A stretch of DNA of 64,000 nt from Akkermansiaceae bacterium UBA6138 (GTDB taxonomy: Bacteria; Verrucomicrobiota; Verrucomicrobiia; Verrucomicrobiales; DEV007): contig DIVG01000005.1 in assembly GCA_002422425.1 (NCBI GenBank), positions 10,334 to 74,333 on the forward strand, read 5' to 3'. Positions 38,015 to 46,739 of the stretch are shown one piece after another. Position 1 is the first letter of the stretch, and each line of letters begins with the position of its first letter. The notes under the pieces were generated by a model, which did not search any database, had not been told where the DNA came from, and saw only the letters and a program-made list of their open reading frames with translations. A program made the position numbers and the translations under genes.

Positions 38015-40093
38015 ATGAAAGAGTCGACCGTATCCAAATTCTTCAAAATGAGTAATTCGCCTACTTTCCTGAACCCCGTCGTTTTCTCCTTCGGCGTCTT
38101 GCTCCTGTCCGTTTTCGCCACACTCCCCGCCGCCGAATCTATAGCGTTGAAAACCGGCCCTCATCGCGATGTCGCGATTGAGCCCCTCGGGGAAGGGGTC
38201 TCCGAAATTGTCGTCAGTGGCGTCTCTCCGCATTTCTGGACTGCTCCGGTGCCGCTTGACTTCGACCCTGACAAACACACCGTTGTTGCCTTCGAGTATT
38301 TTTCGCCTTCCGGTGTCGAGTCCATTTCGGTGCGGTATCGCCAACCGGACGGAAGCATGACCCTCGGCGGATCGGCCTCGCTGCCGCTTGCAGAGACATG
38401 GCAGCCTTTTGCGATTGATTTCTCAAAGGGGGAGCCGGCCCCGCCGAAAGGGGATGCGGCGATGCGATTCCATTTTGCGATCAATTACAATCCTAAAGCC
38501 TCGTTCCGCATCCGGAAGTTTGAGGTGCGCGCCCCGACCTCCGCCGAGATCGCGGCGGCAGCGGATCGGGACGCCCTGACGGCCCGACGTGAGGCGGACG
38601 CGAACGTCTATCTCGGATACTTGCGGGCCGATCATCCGAACGTTATCACCGGCGTCTCGATTGGTGCGGAGACGATTGTCGTGAGAGGCCGAGCCACCGT
38701 GGCGGGCCTCCTGCGCGAGGTCCCCCCGCACGTCGCCTCCCACGGAAAATCGGAAGTCGCTGCCCCCGCCGGGGTCGATCCGGGAGATTTCGAGATTTCC
38801 CTGCCCCGCTTCGACGGTGAGGGAAAAAGAGACCGCGCTCTCTCGCGCTGGAGGCTCGAGGAAGAGTCGGGCGGCATTCTCTCGCATGCGCGCTGGCCCG
38901 ACCGGGTCGAGGCGGGAATCGCGGCGGACCTGCCGCGGCTTTCGGCTTCTCATCAAAAGGGACTTGGCGGCGTCCCCGCGATTGCGAATGGCGGGCACGA
39001 GATCTTCGACCTGGGGATAGGCCACGCGACAGTCAATTTTATCGTCTCATCTCTCATCGCCGCGACGCCGCGTCCGGGATTCGAGTCCTTTATGTTCGAG
39101 GGGCGGGAGTGGTTTTTTAATGCCGGTTATTTGAGACAGACCGTGACGACGGTGCAGCATCTTTGCGAGAGGGATATCATCGTCAGCTGCATTCTCCTCG
39201 TAGGCAATGAGGCGGGACATCCCATGACCCACCCCGAGGCGGAGCGTCGCGGGATTTACTCCATGCCGAACCTCGCCCGGATGGAGGGTGCGGCGCACTA
39301 CCTCGCGGCACTTCATCTGCTGGGTGAACGGTTCACGCGCCCGGCCTCCCGTGTCAGCAACTGGATTATTCACAACGAGATCGACCAGGCGGGAGTCTGG
39401 ACCACTATGGGCGACCAGCCGCTCGCGCGTTACCTCGAGACTTACATGCGCTCGGCTCGTCTCGTTCATCACACGATGCGGCTGCGCGATCCGCACGCCC
39501 GTGTCTTTGTCTCCCTGACCCATCACTGGAGTCAGCGGAGCGCCGGCGCGGGCACCTACCGGGTGCGGGACCTCGTCGACCTCTTTGCCGGAATGAGCCG
39601 TGCCGAGGGTGACTTCGAGTGGGGGATCGCCTACCATCCTTACCCGCGCGATCTCCGCAATCCCGATACGTGGAATGACACCGAAGTCACTGCGGACTTC
39701 GACACTCCCTACATCACCCCCAAGAATCTTGAGGTTCTGCCAGCCTACCTCGCGCAGAATCACTTCCTCTTTCAGGGAAAAAAGCCGCGAACGATCCTCT
39801 TTTCGGAACAGGGCTTCAATACCCCGACTCTCAGTGAGGAGGACCAGCGCCGTCAGGTCGCCGGCCTGATTTATACTTTCCGCAAATTGAAAACCCTCTC
39901 CACGGTGGAGGCTTATCATCTCCACCGCTATCAGGACATGCCCGACCGCGAGGGCGGATTGCGGCTCGGGATCATTGACGAGCACGGGGGCCGCAAGCTC
40001 GGATGGGGCGCTTATGCGGCGATCGGAACCGAGGATGAAGCGCCCTTCGCCGCTATTGCCGATGAAGTGATGACGGGTCGGAAGAAGCAATGA
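38015..40093 (+). CDS. DUF5722-like secreted protein, glycoside hydrolase-like TIM barrel
   Basis: Signal peptide, N-terminal beta-rich module, QKGLGG, WIIHNEID, VFVSLTHHW, WGIAYHPYP, ITPKNL, ILFSEQGF. Confidence 0.7.
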   Translation: MKESTVSKFFKMSNSPTFLNPVVFSFGVLLLSVFATLPAAESIALKTGPHRDVAIEPLGEGVSEIVVSGVSPHFWTAPVPLDFDPDKHTVVAFEYFSPSGVESISVRYRQPDGSMTLGGSASLPLAETWQPFAIDFSKGEPAPPKGDAAMRFHFAINYNPKASFRIRKFEVRAPTSAEIAAAADRDALTARREADANVYLGYLRADHPNVITGVSIGAETIVVRGRATVAGLLREVPPHVASHGKSEVAAPAGVDPGDFEISLPRFDGEGKRDRALSRWRLEEESGGILSHARWPDRVEAGIAADLPRLSASHQKGLGGVPAIANGGHEIFDLGIGHATVNFIVSSLIAATPRPGFESFMFEGREWFFNAGYLRQTVTTVQHLCERDIIVSCILLVGNEAGHPMTHPEAERRGIYSMPNLARMEGAAHYLAALHLLGERFTRPASRVSNWIIHNEIDQAGVWTTMGDQPLARYLETYMRSARLVHHTMRLRDPHARVFVSLTHHWSQRSAGAGTYRVRDLVDLFAGMSRAEGDFEWGIAYHPYPRDLRNPDTWNDTEVTADFDTPYITPKNLEVLPAYLAQNHFLFQGKKPRTILFSEQGFNTPTLSEEDQRRQVAGLIYTFRKLKTLSTVEAYHLHRYQDMPDREGGLRLGIIDEHGGRKLGWGAYAAIGTEDEAPFAAIADEVMTGRKKQ

Positions 40094-40117
40094 AATCAAC
40101 CGTTTTTTTCAAAGAGT

Positions 40118-40147
40118 TTGGCGGGTCAACCGTATCTAGGTTAGGTT
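40118..40147 (+). promoter_or_regulatory. Putative sigma70 promoter (leaderless) of 40154-41278
   Basis: TTGGCG-N18-TAGGTT, 6 nt before ATG 40154. Confidence 0.4.
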
Positions 40148-40153
40148 AACAGC

Positions 40154-41278
40154 ATGCCCGCAGTGCCCAGAGTTTTTTCCATCGCCGCCATCGCTTTTGC
40201 GTGGCTCAGCCTGACTGCAGCCATCACGCGCGCCCAGGTCGGGGGGGCACCGGCGGGCTTTAACGATATTGCCCGTTTTGTCGCCGGGCAGCCGCTCAGT
40301 CCCGGCAGCCCGTTGCGGCGACTCGACAGTCTTCCCGCCGTGCGCCGTCACATGACCGATTCGGCAGCCCTCTCGAAAACATGGCAGGATCGCCGTCTAA
40401 ATGTCATTCGCGACTGGGCAAAGCAGGAAATTCATCCAAAAATCTCGCGTCCAAAGATGGTGAAATATCCCTTCTCCGGACCCGATTTCGTTCACGCCGC
40501 GACGCTTTTTCCCGGGGCTGATGAATACATCCTCGTCGGGCTCGAACCCCTCGGGACCCTGCCGAATTTCACCGAGATGACGGATCCCGAGCTCAACGGC
40601 TATCTTTCGCACCTCAATCACACGCTTCGCAGTATTTCACAGCGCAGCTTTTTCATCACCACGGAGATGCGTGAGGATTTCGGAAAAGCCGGGGGTGTCG
40701 GCGGGGTCTATCCCGTGCTGCTTTATTTTGCGGCGCTGACCAATCACGAGGTCACCAACGGCCAGTTCGTGAAGCTCGCCGCGAACGGTGAGGCGGTCGT
40801 CTCCGGAGCGGCCGAGGCTGACGGCATCTGGCTGCAGATCCGTGCGCTCGATCGCCTTCCGGATTTCCCGCTGACGCAGAGTCTCTATTACTTTAAATCC
40901 GATCTTTCCGATTCGGGCTTCAAAGCGAGCAGTCCGATGAAGGCCTTTCTCGATCGGAGACCCGGGGGCATGGGGTATCTCAAGGCGGCTTCCTACCTGA
41001 TGCATACCGAGGCTTTCACGAATATTCGAAACTACCTCGTCGGCGATTGTCAGTATATTCTGCAGGACGAGTCAGGCATTCCTGCCGAGTTTTTGGCAAC
41101 CTATTACAATGCCTCCTACTACGGGAAATATATCGGCCCGATCGACACCTTTGCCGAGCATGACCAGCCCTTCCTCCATCAGATCTACCGGTCCGGTGCG
41201 GCGAAGCCACTCCCTTTCGGGACCGGTTATAGGATGCGCGATGAGGACGCGATCCAGATTTTCGGGATCCGGAAATAG
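40154..41278 (+). CDS. Secreted protein of unknown function
   Basis: Signal peptide (AWLSLTAAITRA); conserved-looking blocks YPFSGPDF, GLEPLGTLP, SFFIT-x-x-M, KAASYLMH, ILQDESGIP. Confidence 0.75.
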   Translation: MPAVPRVFSIAAIAFAWLSLTAAITRAQVGGAPAGFNDIARFVAGQPLSPGSPLRRLDSLPAVRRHMTDSAALSKTWQDRRLNVIRDWAKQEIHPKISRPKMVKYPFSGPDFVHAATLFPGADEYILVGLEPLGTLPNFTEMTDPELNGYLSHLNHTLRSISQRSFFITTEMREDFGKAGGVGGVYPVLLYFAALTNHEVTNGQFVKLAANGEAVVSGAAEADGIWLQIRALDRLPDFPLTQSLYYFKSDLSDSGFKASSPMKAFLDRRPGGMGYLKAASYLMHTEAFTNIRNYLVGDCQYILQDESGIPAEFLATYYNASYYGKYIGPIDTFAEHDQPFLHQIYRSGAAKPLPFGTGYRMRDEDAIQIFGIRK

Positions 41279-41331
41279 CGGGAAAAGGCTGGAACGGGCG
41301 ACGAGGTTCAGGCTAGAATAACTCGTCTCCC

Positions 41332-42867
41332 ATGAAAACGCTTCGAATTTTTTTCGCCATTCTTCCGTTCCTCGGCGCTTCCCTCCGGGCGGAGGAACGA
41401 AGGCCGAACATCATCGTGATCATGGCGGATGATCTTGGTTTCGGTGATCTCTCGTGCTACGGGGCAAAGACCTTTGAGACCCCGCATATCGATGCGCTAG
41501 CGAGTGGGGGGTTGCGGTTCACGAGCGGTTATTGCACCGCCTCGACCTGCACGCCGACACGCTATTCGATGCTTACGGGCACATACGCCTTTCGGGAAAA
41601 GGGGACCGGCATCGCCCCGCCAAGTGCCCCGGCCCTCATCGCTGCCGGCACCCCTACGATCGCCTCGATGCTGAAGTCGGTCGGCTACCGGACGGCCGTC
41701 ATCGGCAAGTGGCACCTGGGGCTCGGTGGTCCCGAAGGTCCCGACTGGAATGGCGAACTGAAGCCGGGCCCGCTTGAGATAGGGTTCGACTATTCCTTTC
41801 TGCTGCCGACGACGAATGACCGCGTCCCACAGGTCTACGTTGAGAATCGCCGCGTCCTCAATCTCGATCCCGCCGATCCGCTCTGGGTGGGAGACAAAAA
41901 GCCTGATGAGAATCATCCTACCGGACTCACGCATCGCGACACTCTCAAGATGGACTGGACTCACGGCCATAATAGCACGATTCACAACGGCATTAGTCGC
42001 ATCGGATTCTACACCGGCGGCGAGGCGGCCCGCTTTCGCGATGAGGATCTCGCCGATAAATGGGTCGAGAAGTCCGTCGCCTGGATCGAGGGGAACAAAG
42101 ACAGGCCTTTTTTTCTCTATTTCGCCTCTCACGACAATCACGTGCCGCGCCTCCCCCACGAACGCTTTCAGGGCGTGACTCCTCACGGATTCCGAACCGA
42201 CTCCGTCGTGCAGCTTGACTGGTGTGTCGGCGAGCTGATGAAAGCGGTCGAGCGACTCGGGTTGTCCGATAAGACATTATTCGTGTTCTGCTCGGACAAT
42301 GGTCCCGTCATGGACGATGGATACGCCGATGGCGCGCTCGAAAAGCGAGGCGAACATCGTGCCGCCGGTCCCTTTCGCGGAGGCAAGTACAGCGTTTACG
42401 AGGGAGGCACTCGCACGCCTTTCGTGACCCGGTGGAAAGGGACGATCACTCCCGGCCTCTCTGATGAGGTCGTCTCGACGATGGATCTCTATGCGAGTTT
42501 TGCCACTTTGACAGGAGCCGTGATGCCGCGTGATGCGGCCCTCGATACGACCGACGTGCTCGACGCGTTTCTCGGCGTGAAAAATGCGCGAGGCCGTCAG
42601 GAATTTGTGCAGCAAGACAATGGCTCCGGCGGCACCTTCGGTTTTCGTCTCGGGAATTGGAAGCTTTTGCGACACGACTCGGGGAAATCGCGCAATTTCG
42701 TGGTGGAAGAGACCCTGGGGAATATCGAGGTGCCCCGCTACCAGCTCTTTGATCTGTCCGTTGATCCCGGAGAGAGCGAGGATCTTTTTGTGACGCGTCC
42801 CGAGGTCGCTTCGCGGCTGGAGACCCGGCTGAACGAGATCATCGCATCGGGTAGGACCCGTCCCTAG
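41332..42867 (+). CDS. Arylsulfatase (S1 family, Cys-type formylglycine)
   Basis: PNIIVIMADDLG, CTPTRYSMLTG (CxPxR), GKWHLG, FCSDNG, GGKYSVYEGGTRTP. Confidence 0.95.
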   Translation: MKTLRIFFAILPFLGASLRAEERRPNIIVIMADDLGFGDLSCYGAKTFETPHIDALASGGLRFTSGYCTASTCTPTRYSMLTGTYAFREKGTGIAPPSAPALIAAGTPTIASMLKSVGYRTAVIGKWHLGLGGPEGPDWNGELKPGPLEIGFDYSFLLPTTNDRVPQVYVENRRVLNLDPADPLWVGDKKPDENHPTGLTHRDTLKMDWTHGHNSTIHNGISRIGFYTGGEAARFRDEDLADKWVEKSVAWIEGNKDRPFFLYFASHDNHVPRLPHERFQGVTPHGFRTDSVVQLDWCVGELMKAVERLGLSDKTLFVFCSDNGPVMDDGYADGALEKRGEHRAAGPFRGGKYSVYEGGTRTPFVTRWKGTITPGLSDEVVSTMDLYASFATLTGAVMPRDAALDTTDVLDAFLGVKNARGRQEFVQQDNGSGGTFGFRLGNWKLLRHDSGKSRNFVVEETLGNIEVPRYQLFDLSVDPGESEDLFVTRPEVASRLETRLNEIIASGRTRP

Positions 42868-42891
42868 AGCGCAGCGATGGCGGCGGCGGAA

Positions 42892-43920
42892 TCACCTCCT
42901 CACCGGGGGCTCGCTGCAGAGATGGACAAAGGCCTCGCGGACCCGGGCGGTCTGAACGTCGTCCATGATGAGGTAGGCGTCATTGCCGTCATTGCCGGCC
43001 AAGAAGTCAGTGCGTCCTTCGTCATCGACCGTGACGTGGCCTTTCGGTGAGAGGGTGAAATAATCTCGGTCGGGATAGACGGCATAGAGCACGGCGGTGA
43101 GATCCCAGGTGGGTCGGTCGTGCGGGTGGCGCGGTACGTAGGCGAGGTAGCTGTCTTTGAGGAGGTGAGGCTCGGTGTAGTTGTAATCCTCGATGAGGCT
43201 CTGCCATGGGTAGGGGGCGGCGATGCCGACCTCGTATCCGCTCCAGATAACCGGTGTGGGCCACTCGTTGGCGATCTTTTTCGCGGCCGGGATATCGAGC
43301 TTCACGTTATACTCGATGTGTTTGGTGTTGTGCGTGATCGTCTGAAACGCTCCCGCCATGAGGACGAGCCCTCTCACCTTGGCCCGGATCAGCGAGGGCC
43401 CGTCGAGCGGGGAAGCCTCGTCTCCTTTCGAATCAAGGAGTCGGGAAAAGTTCGTGAAAAAGCCAACCTGCACCAGCATGACTGAACCGTCAGGCTGGTT
43501 CGCGAGGGTCTTGCGGATTAGCGAGACGGCCTCGGGAGCATCGATGCCTGAGACGAGATCGCGGGGAAACAGAGGGATCCCGGCGTCATCTCTGCGGTCG
43601 ATCTGCCCATTAAAGCGCCCTTCATCTCTCGCGGCCCCGTCGCGCACCGCACCGACGGGAATGTCGGGAAAGCCGTACCAGGTATTCAGGGCGTCAATAT
43701 AGGCGGCTGATTTGGGATGATCCTTGGTCGAAGTCACCGCGAGCAGATCGATCGCGCCCCGCCGCGCGAGCTGATGGATCATGGCGAGCGCCATGGCATC
43801 GTCGATGTCGTTGCCCATGTCGGTATCAAAGATCATTTTTACCGGATCCTTTTGCGCTGTCGCCACGGCGGGACTGAGAGAAAAAGTAAAAGCGAGCAGA
43901 GCAGAGAGGCTTCGGTGCAT
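42892..43920 (-). CDS. Secreted nucleoside hydrolase-family protein
   Basis: Signal peptide then IFDTDMGNDIDDAMAL; VLMAG, EYNV, SGYEVG, TWDLTAVLYAV. Confidence 0.85.
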   Translation of the reverse strand: MHRSLSALLAFTFSLSPAVATAQKDPVKMIFDTDMGNDIDDAMALAMIHQLARRGAIDLLAVTSTKDHPKSAAYIDALNTWYGFPDIPVGAVRDGAARDEGRFNGQIDRRDDAGIPLFPRDLVSGIDAPEAVSLIRKTLANQPDGSVMLVQVGFFTNFSRLLDSKGDEASPLDGPSLIRAKVRGLVLMAGAFQTITHNTKHIEYNVKLDIPAAKKIANEWPTPVIWSGYEVGIAAPYPWQSLIEDYNYTEPHLLKDSYLAYVPRHPHDRPTWDLTAVLYAVYPDRDYFTLSPKGHVTVDDEGRTDFLAGNDGNDAYLIMDDVQTARVREAFVHLCSEPPVRR

Positions 43921-44081
43921 GAGTCGAGAGGAGATTGAAAGGGTGACAGGTTGGGGCGGAATTGTTTTCATGCCAAGGGGCGGGATGGCGGACGATGCGG
44001 TCGGTCTCCATGAAGAGGCCATTCAGAGAACCAAGCTAAGAAGAAGGTGCCCCGCCGTCACGGCGCGGCGAGCCGGCCCTG

Positions 44082-46121
44082 TCAGCCCACCCGCTGCCCC
44101 GGCACCGCTCCTTCGTCGGGGGAGAGAAGAAAGATGTCTTCGCCTCCGGGGCCGGCGGCGACGATCATGCCTTCGCTGACGCCGAATTTCATTGTCCTCG
44201 GGGCCAGGTTGGCGACGACAATGACGAGTCTTCCGAGGAGGTCGGCGGGATCGTAGGCCGATTTGATACCGGCAAAAACGGTCCGGGTGGTTTCGCCTCC
44301 GAGACTGAGAGTGAGTTTGACGAGCTTGCGCGCTTCGGGGACTTCGTCGGCGGCGATGACGCGGGCGACGCGGAGATCGACTTTCGCAAAATCCTCAATG
44401 GTGATCGTGGCGGCGACGGGAGCGGCGGCGAGAGCGTCTCCGGCATCGTCCCAGGCGGGCGCGGCGTCGTGGGGGGCAGCGCTTTCGGCCGCTTCTTCGC
44501 GGGACTCGTTAATGATGGCTTCGATTTTGGCGGGTTCGACCCGCTGCATCATGTGCTTGAATGTGGCGACCGGGCGTCCGGTGACGGGGGTGCCGGACTG
44601 GTCCCAGCGGGTGAGGGTTTCTCCGAAGAGTTGACCGGTCTTCGCGGCGAGTTCGGGAAGGACGGGGGCGAGATAGATGACAAGGCTGCGGAAAAGATTG
44701 AGGGCGACCGTGCAGGTATCCTGCAGTTCGCCGGCTTTTCCGGGATCCTTGCGGAGGTCCCACGGGGCGTTGGCCTCGACGTAGGGATTGGCCTGATCGG
44801 CGAGTTCCATGATCATGCGCATGGCCTTGCTGTAGTCGCCTTTCTCGTAAGCTTCGGCAATGTCATTTCCCCGAGCGGCGAACTTTTCAAAAAGGCCGCC
44901 GTCGTCGGGATAGGTGGCGGAGAGTCCGGTTTCGGCGACGAATTTGGCGGTGCGGCTCGCCAGATTGACGACCTTGCCGACAAGGTCGCTGTTTACCCGG
45001 GCGACAAACTCCTCGAGGTTGAGATCGAGATCCTCGACGCGGGAGGAAAGTTTAGTCGCATAATAATAACGGAGGTAGCCGGGGTGGAGATGTTCGAGAT
45101 ACTTGGCAGCCCGGACAAAGGTCCCCCGGGACTTCGACATTTTTTCCCCATCGACGGTGAGGAAGCCGTGAATATGGACCTGAGTCGGGAGATTAAAGCC
45201 CGCCGTCTTCAGCATCGCGGGCCAGAAGAGGGTGTGGAAATACTGGATGTCCTTACCGATGAAATGGTGAATCTCGGTCCGATCGTTCCTCCACCAGTCA
45301 TCGAGGTTTTCCCCGTGACGCTTGCACCACTGGCTGGTTGTGCCGATGTAACCGATCGGGGCGTCGAACCAGACATACCAGTAGTTGCCGGGTGAGTCGG
45401 GGATCTCAAAGCCGAAGTAGGGCGCGGGGCGCGAGACATCCCAGTTCCGCAGCGGCTCATTGAGGAAGAAGTTTCGAAGGTAGTTCGCGCTCTCGGAGGG
45501 CAGGGTTCCGGACTGGGTCCAGTCGTTGAGGAAGCCGTGAAGTTTTTCGATCTGGACAAAGAGGTGGGTCGCGGCACGGATGACCGGTTTACTTCCCGAG
45601 AGCACGCTGACAGGATCGACGAGGTCGATCGGGCCGTAGGTCTCTCCGCAGTGACCGCAGTTATCCCCGGGCTGGTCCTTAGACCCGCATTTGGGACAGG
45701 TTCCGCGAACGAAGCGATCGGCGAGGAAAACCCCTTTTTCGGTGTCAAACAGCTGGTCGATCTCCTCTTCGATGACCATATCGGCTTTCCGCAGGGCCGA
45801 CCAGATCTCGTGACAGACTTCGCGGTTTTCGTCACTGTGTGTGCTGCCGTAGTGATCGAACTCGATTCCGAATCCGGCAAAGTCGCGTTGGTGAGCCTCG
45901 CTCATTTCGGCGATGACCGCCTCTTCGCTACGACCTTCGGCTTGGGCGCGGATTGAGATCGCGGTGCCATGGGTATCGTCGGCGCAGAAATAGACGCAGC
46001 GATGCCCCCGCATCCTCTGGAAGCGGACCCAGATGTCGGTTTGCAGATATTCGACGAGGTGGCCGATGTGGATATGACCGTTGGCGTAGGGCAGGGCGGA
46101 GGTGACAAGGATCTGGCGCAT
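44082..46121 (-). CDS. metG: Methionine--tRNA ligase with C-terminal tRNA-binding domain
   Basis: [19 protein letters not shown]...CGHC knuckle, [42 protein letters not shown]. Confidence 0.98.
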   Translation of the reverse strand: MRQILVTSALPYANGHIHIGHLVEYLQTDIWVRFQRMRGHRCVYFCADDTHGTAISIRAQAEGRSEEAVIAEMSEAHQRDFAGFGIEFDHYGSTHSDENREVCHEIWSALRKADMVIEEEIDQLFDTEKGVFLADRFVRGTCPKCGSKDQPGDNCGHCGETYGPIDLVDPVSVLSGSKPVIRAATHLFVQIEKLHGFLNDWTQSGTLPSESANYLRNFFLNEPLRNWDVSRPAPYFGFEIPDSPGNYWYVWFDAPIGYIGTTSQWCKRHGENLDDWWRNDRTEIHHFIGKDIQYFHTLFWPAMLKTAGFNLPTQVHIHGFLTVDGEKMSKSRGTFVRAAKYLEHLHPGYLRYYYATKLSSRVEDLDLNLEEFVARVNSDLVGKVVNLASRTAKFVAETGLSATYPDDGGLFEKFAARGNDIAEAYEKGDYSKAMRMIMELADQANPYVEANAPWDLRKDPGKAGELQDTCTVALNLFRSLVIYLAPVLPELAAKTGQLFGETLTRWDQSGTPVTGRPVATFKHMMQRVEPAKIEAIINESREEAAESAAPHDAAPAWDDAGDALAAAPVAATITIEDFAKVDLRVARVIAADEVPEARKLVKLTLSLGGETTRTVFAGIKSAYDPADLLGRLVIVVANLAPRTMKFGVSEGMIVAAGPGGEDIFLLSPDEGAVPGQRVG

Positions 46122-46184
46122 GGAAAGGGGTTTGAGGGGAAGAGAAGGGGAAAGAGGAGGGACGGTCTGCTGCCTGGTCGGGCG

Positions 46185-46739
46185 TTACTCTTCACCGGCG
46201 GCTTTTTTTTGCTCCCACCGGTAATCCTGGCCGGACTGGTTGGCGACTTCTATCCACTCGCCGGGAAAAGACTTCCGTTGCCAGTGCCGCCATTGTTCTC
46301 CGCGAACCTGATCTATCGTGACGCCCTTTTCCTCGGCTTCCCGGGCCATGAGCATCTCGCGGTCGCGGTTCTCGGCGGTGACCGTCGTTTCAACGTAGTC
46401 GCCGTATTCACCGGCCGGGCGGGTTCTGATGGAGAGAGTGCCGAGGTGGTTTTCGCCGACGAGCCGATTGTTTTTTAACTCCTGAATCTCGGACATGCGA
46501 AGGCGTCGACTGTCCATCGCGGAGCGGAAGGCGGTCTCGGCGGTGTCTTTCTTCTTATCGACTTGTCCATGCTGATAGACATGGACGTCCATCGAGAGGT
46601 CTACCTTGATTGGCTCAGGGGTGGTTACATTGACATCGAAGGGTTTGAGGCAGGAGACAAAACTGCAGGCAAGCACGGGGAGAAGGCAGCGAGACGCGGT
46701 GTCGGTGATCCGGTATAGGATGTCTCGGTGAGGTTTCAT
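46185..46739 (-). CDS. Lipoprotein: YnbE-like N-terminus fused to YdbL (DUF1318) domain
   Basis: Lipobox FVSC; TPEPIKVDLSMDVHVYQ (YnbE-like EPI-x-I/V-N/D motif); LKNNRLVGENHLGTL...AENRDR...PGEWIE...W-x-Q-K (YdbL-like). Confidence 0.72.
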   Translation of the reverse strand: MKPHRDILYRITDTASRCLLPVLACSFVSCLKPFDVNVTTPEPIKVDLSMDVHVYQHGQVDKKKDTAETAFRSAMDSRRLRMSEIQELKNNRLVGENHLGTLSIRTRPAGEYGDYVETTVTAENRDREMLMAREAEEKGVTIDQVRGEQWRHWQRKSFPGEWIEVANQSGQDYRWEQKKAAGEE

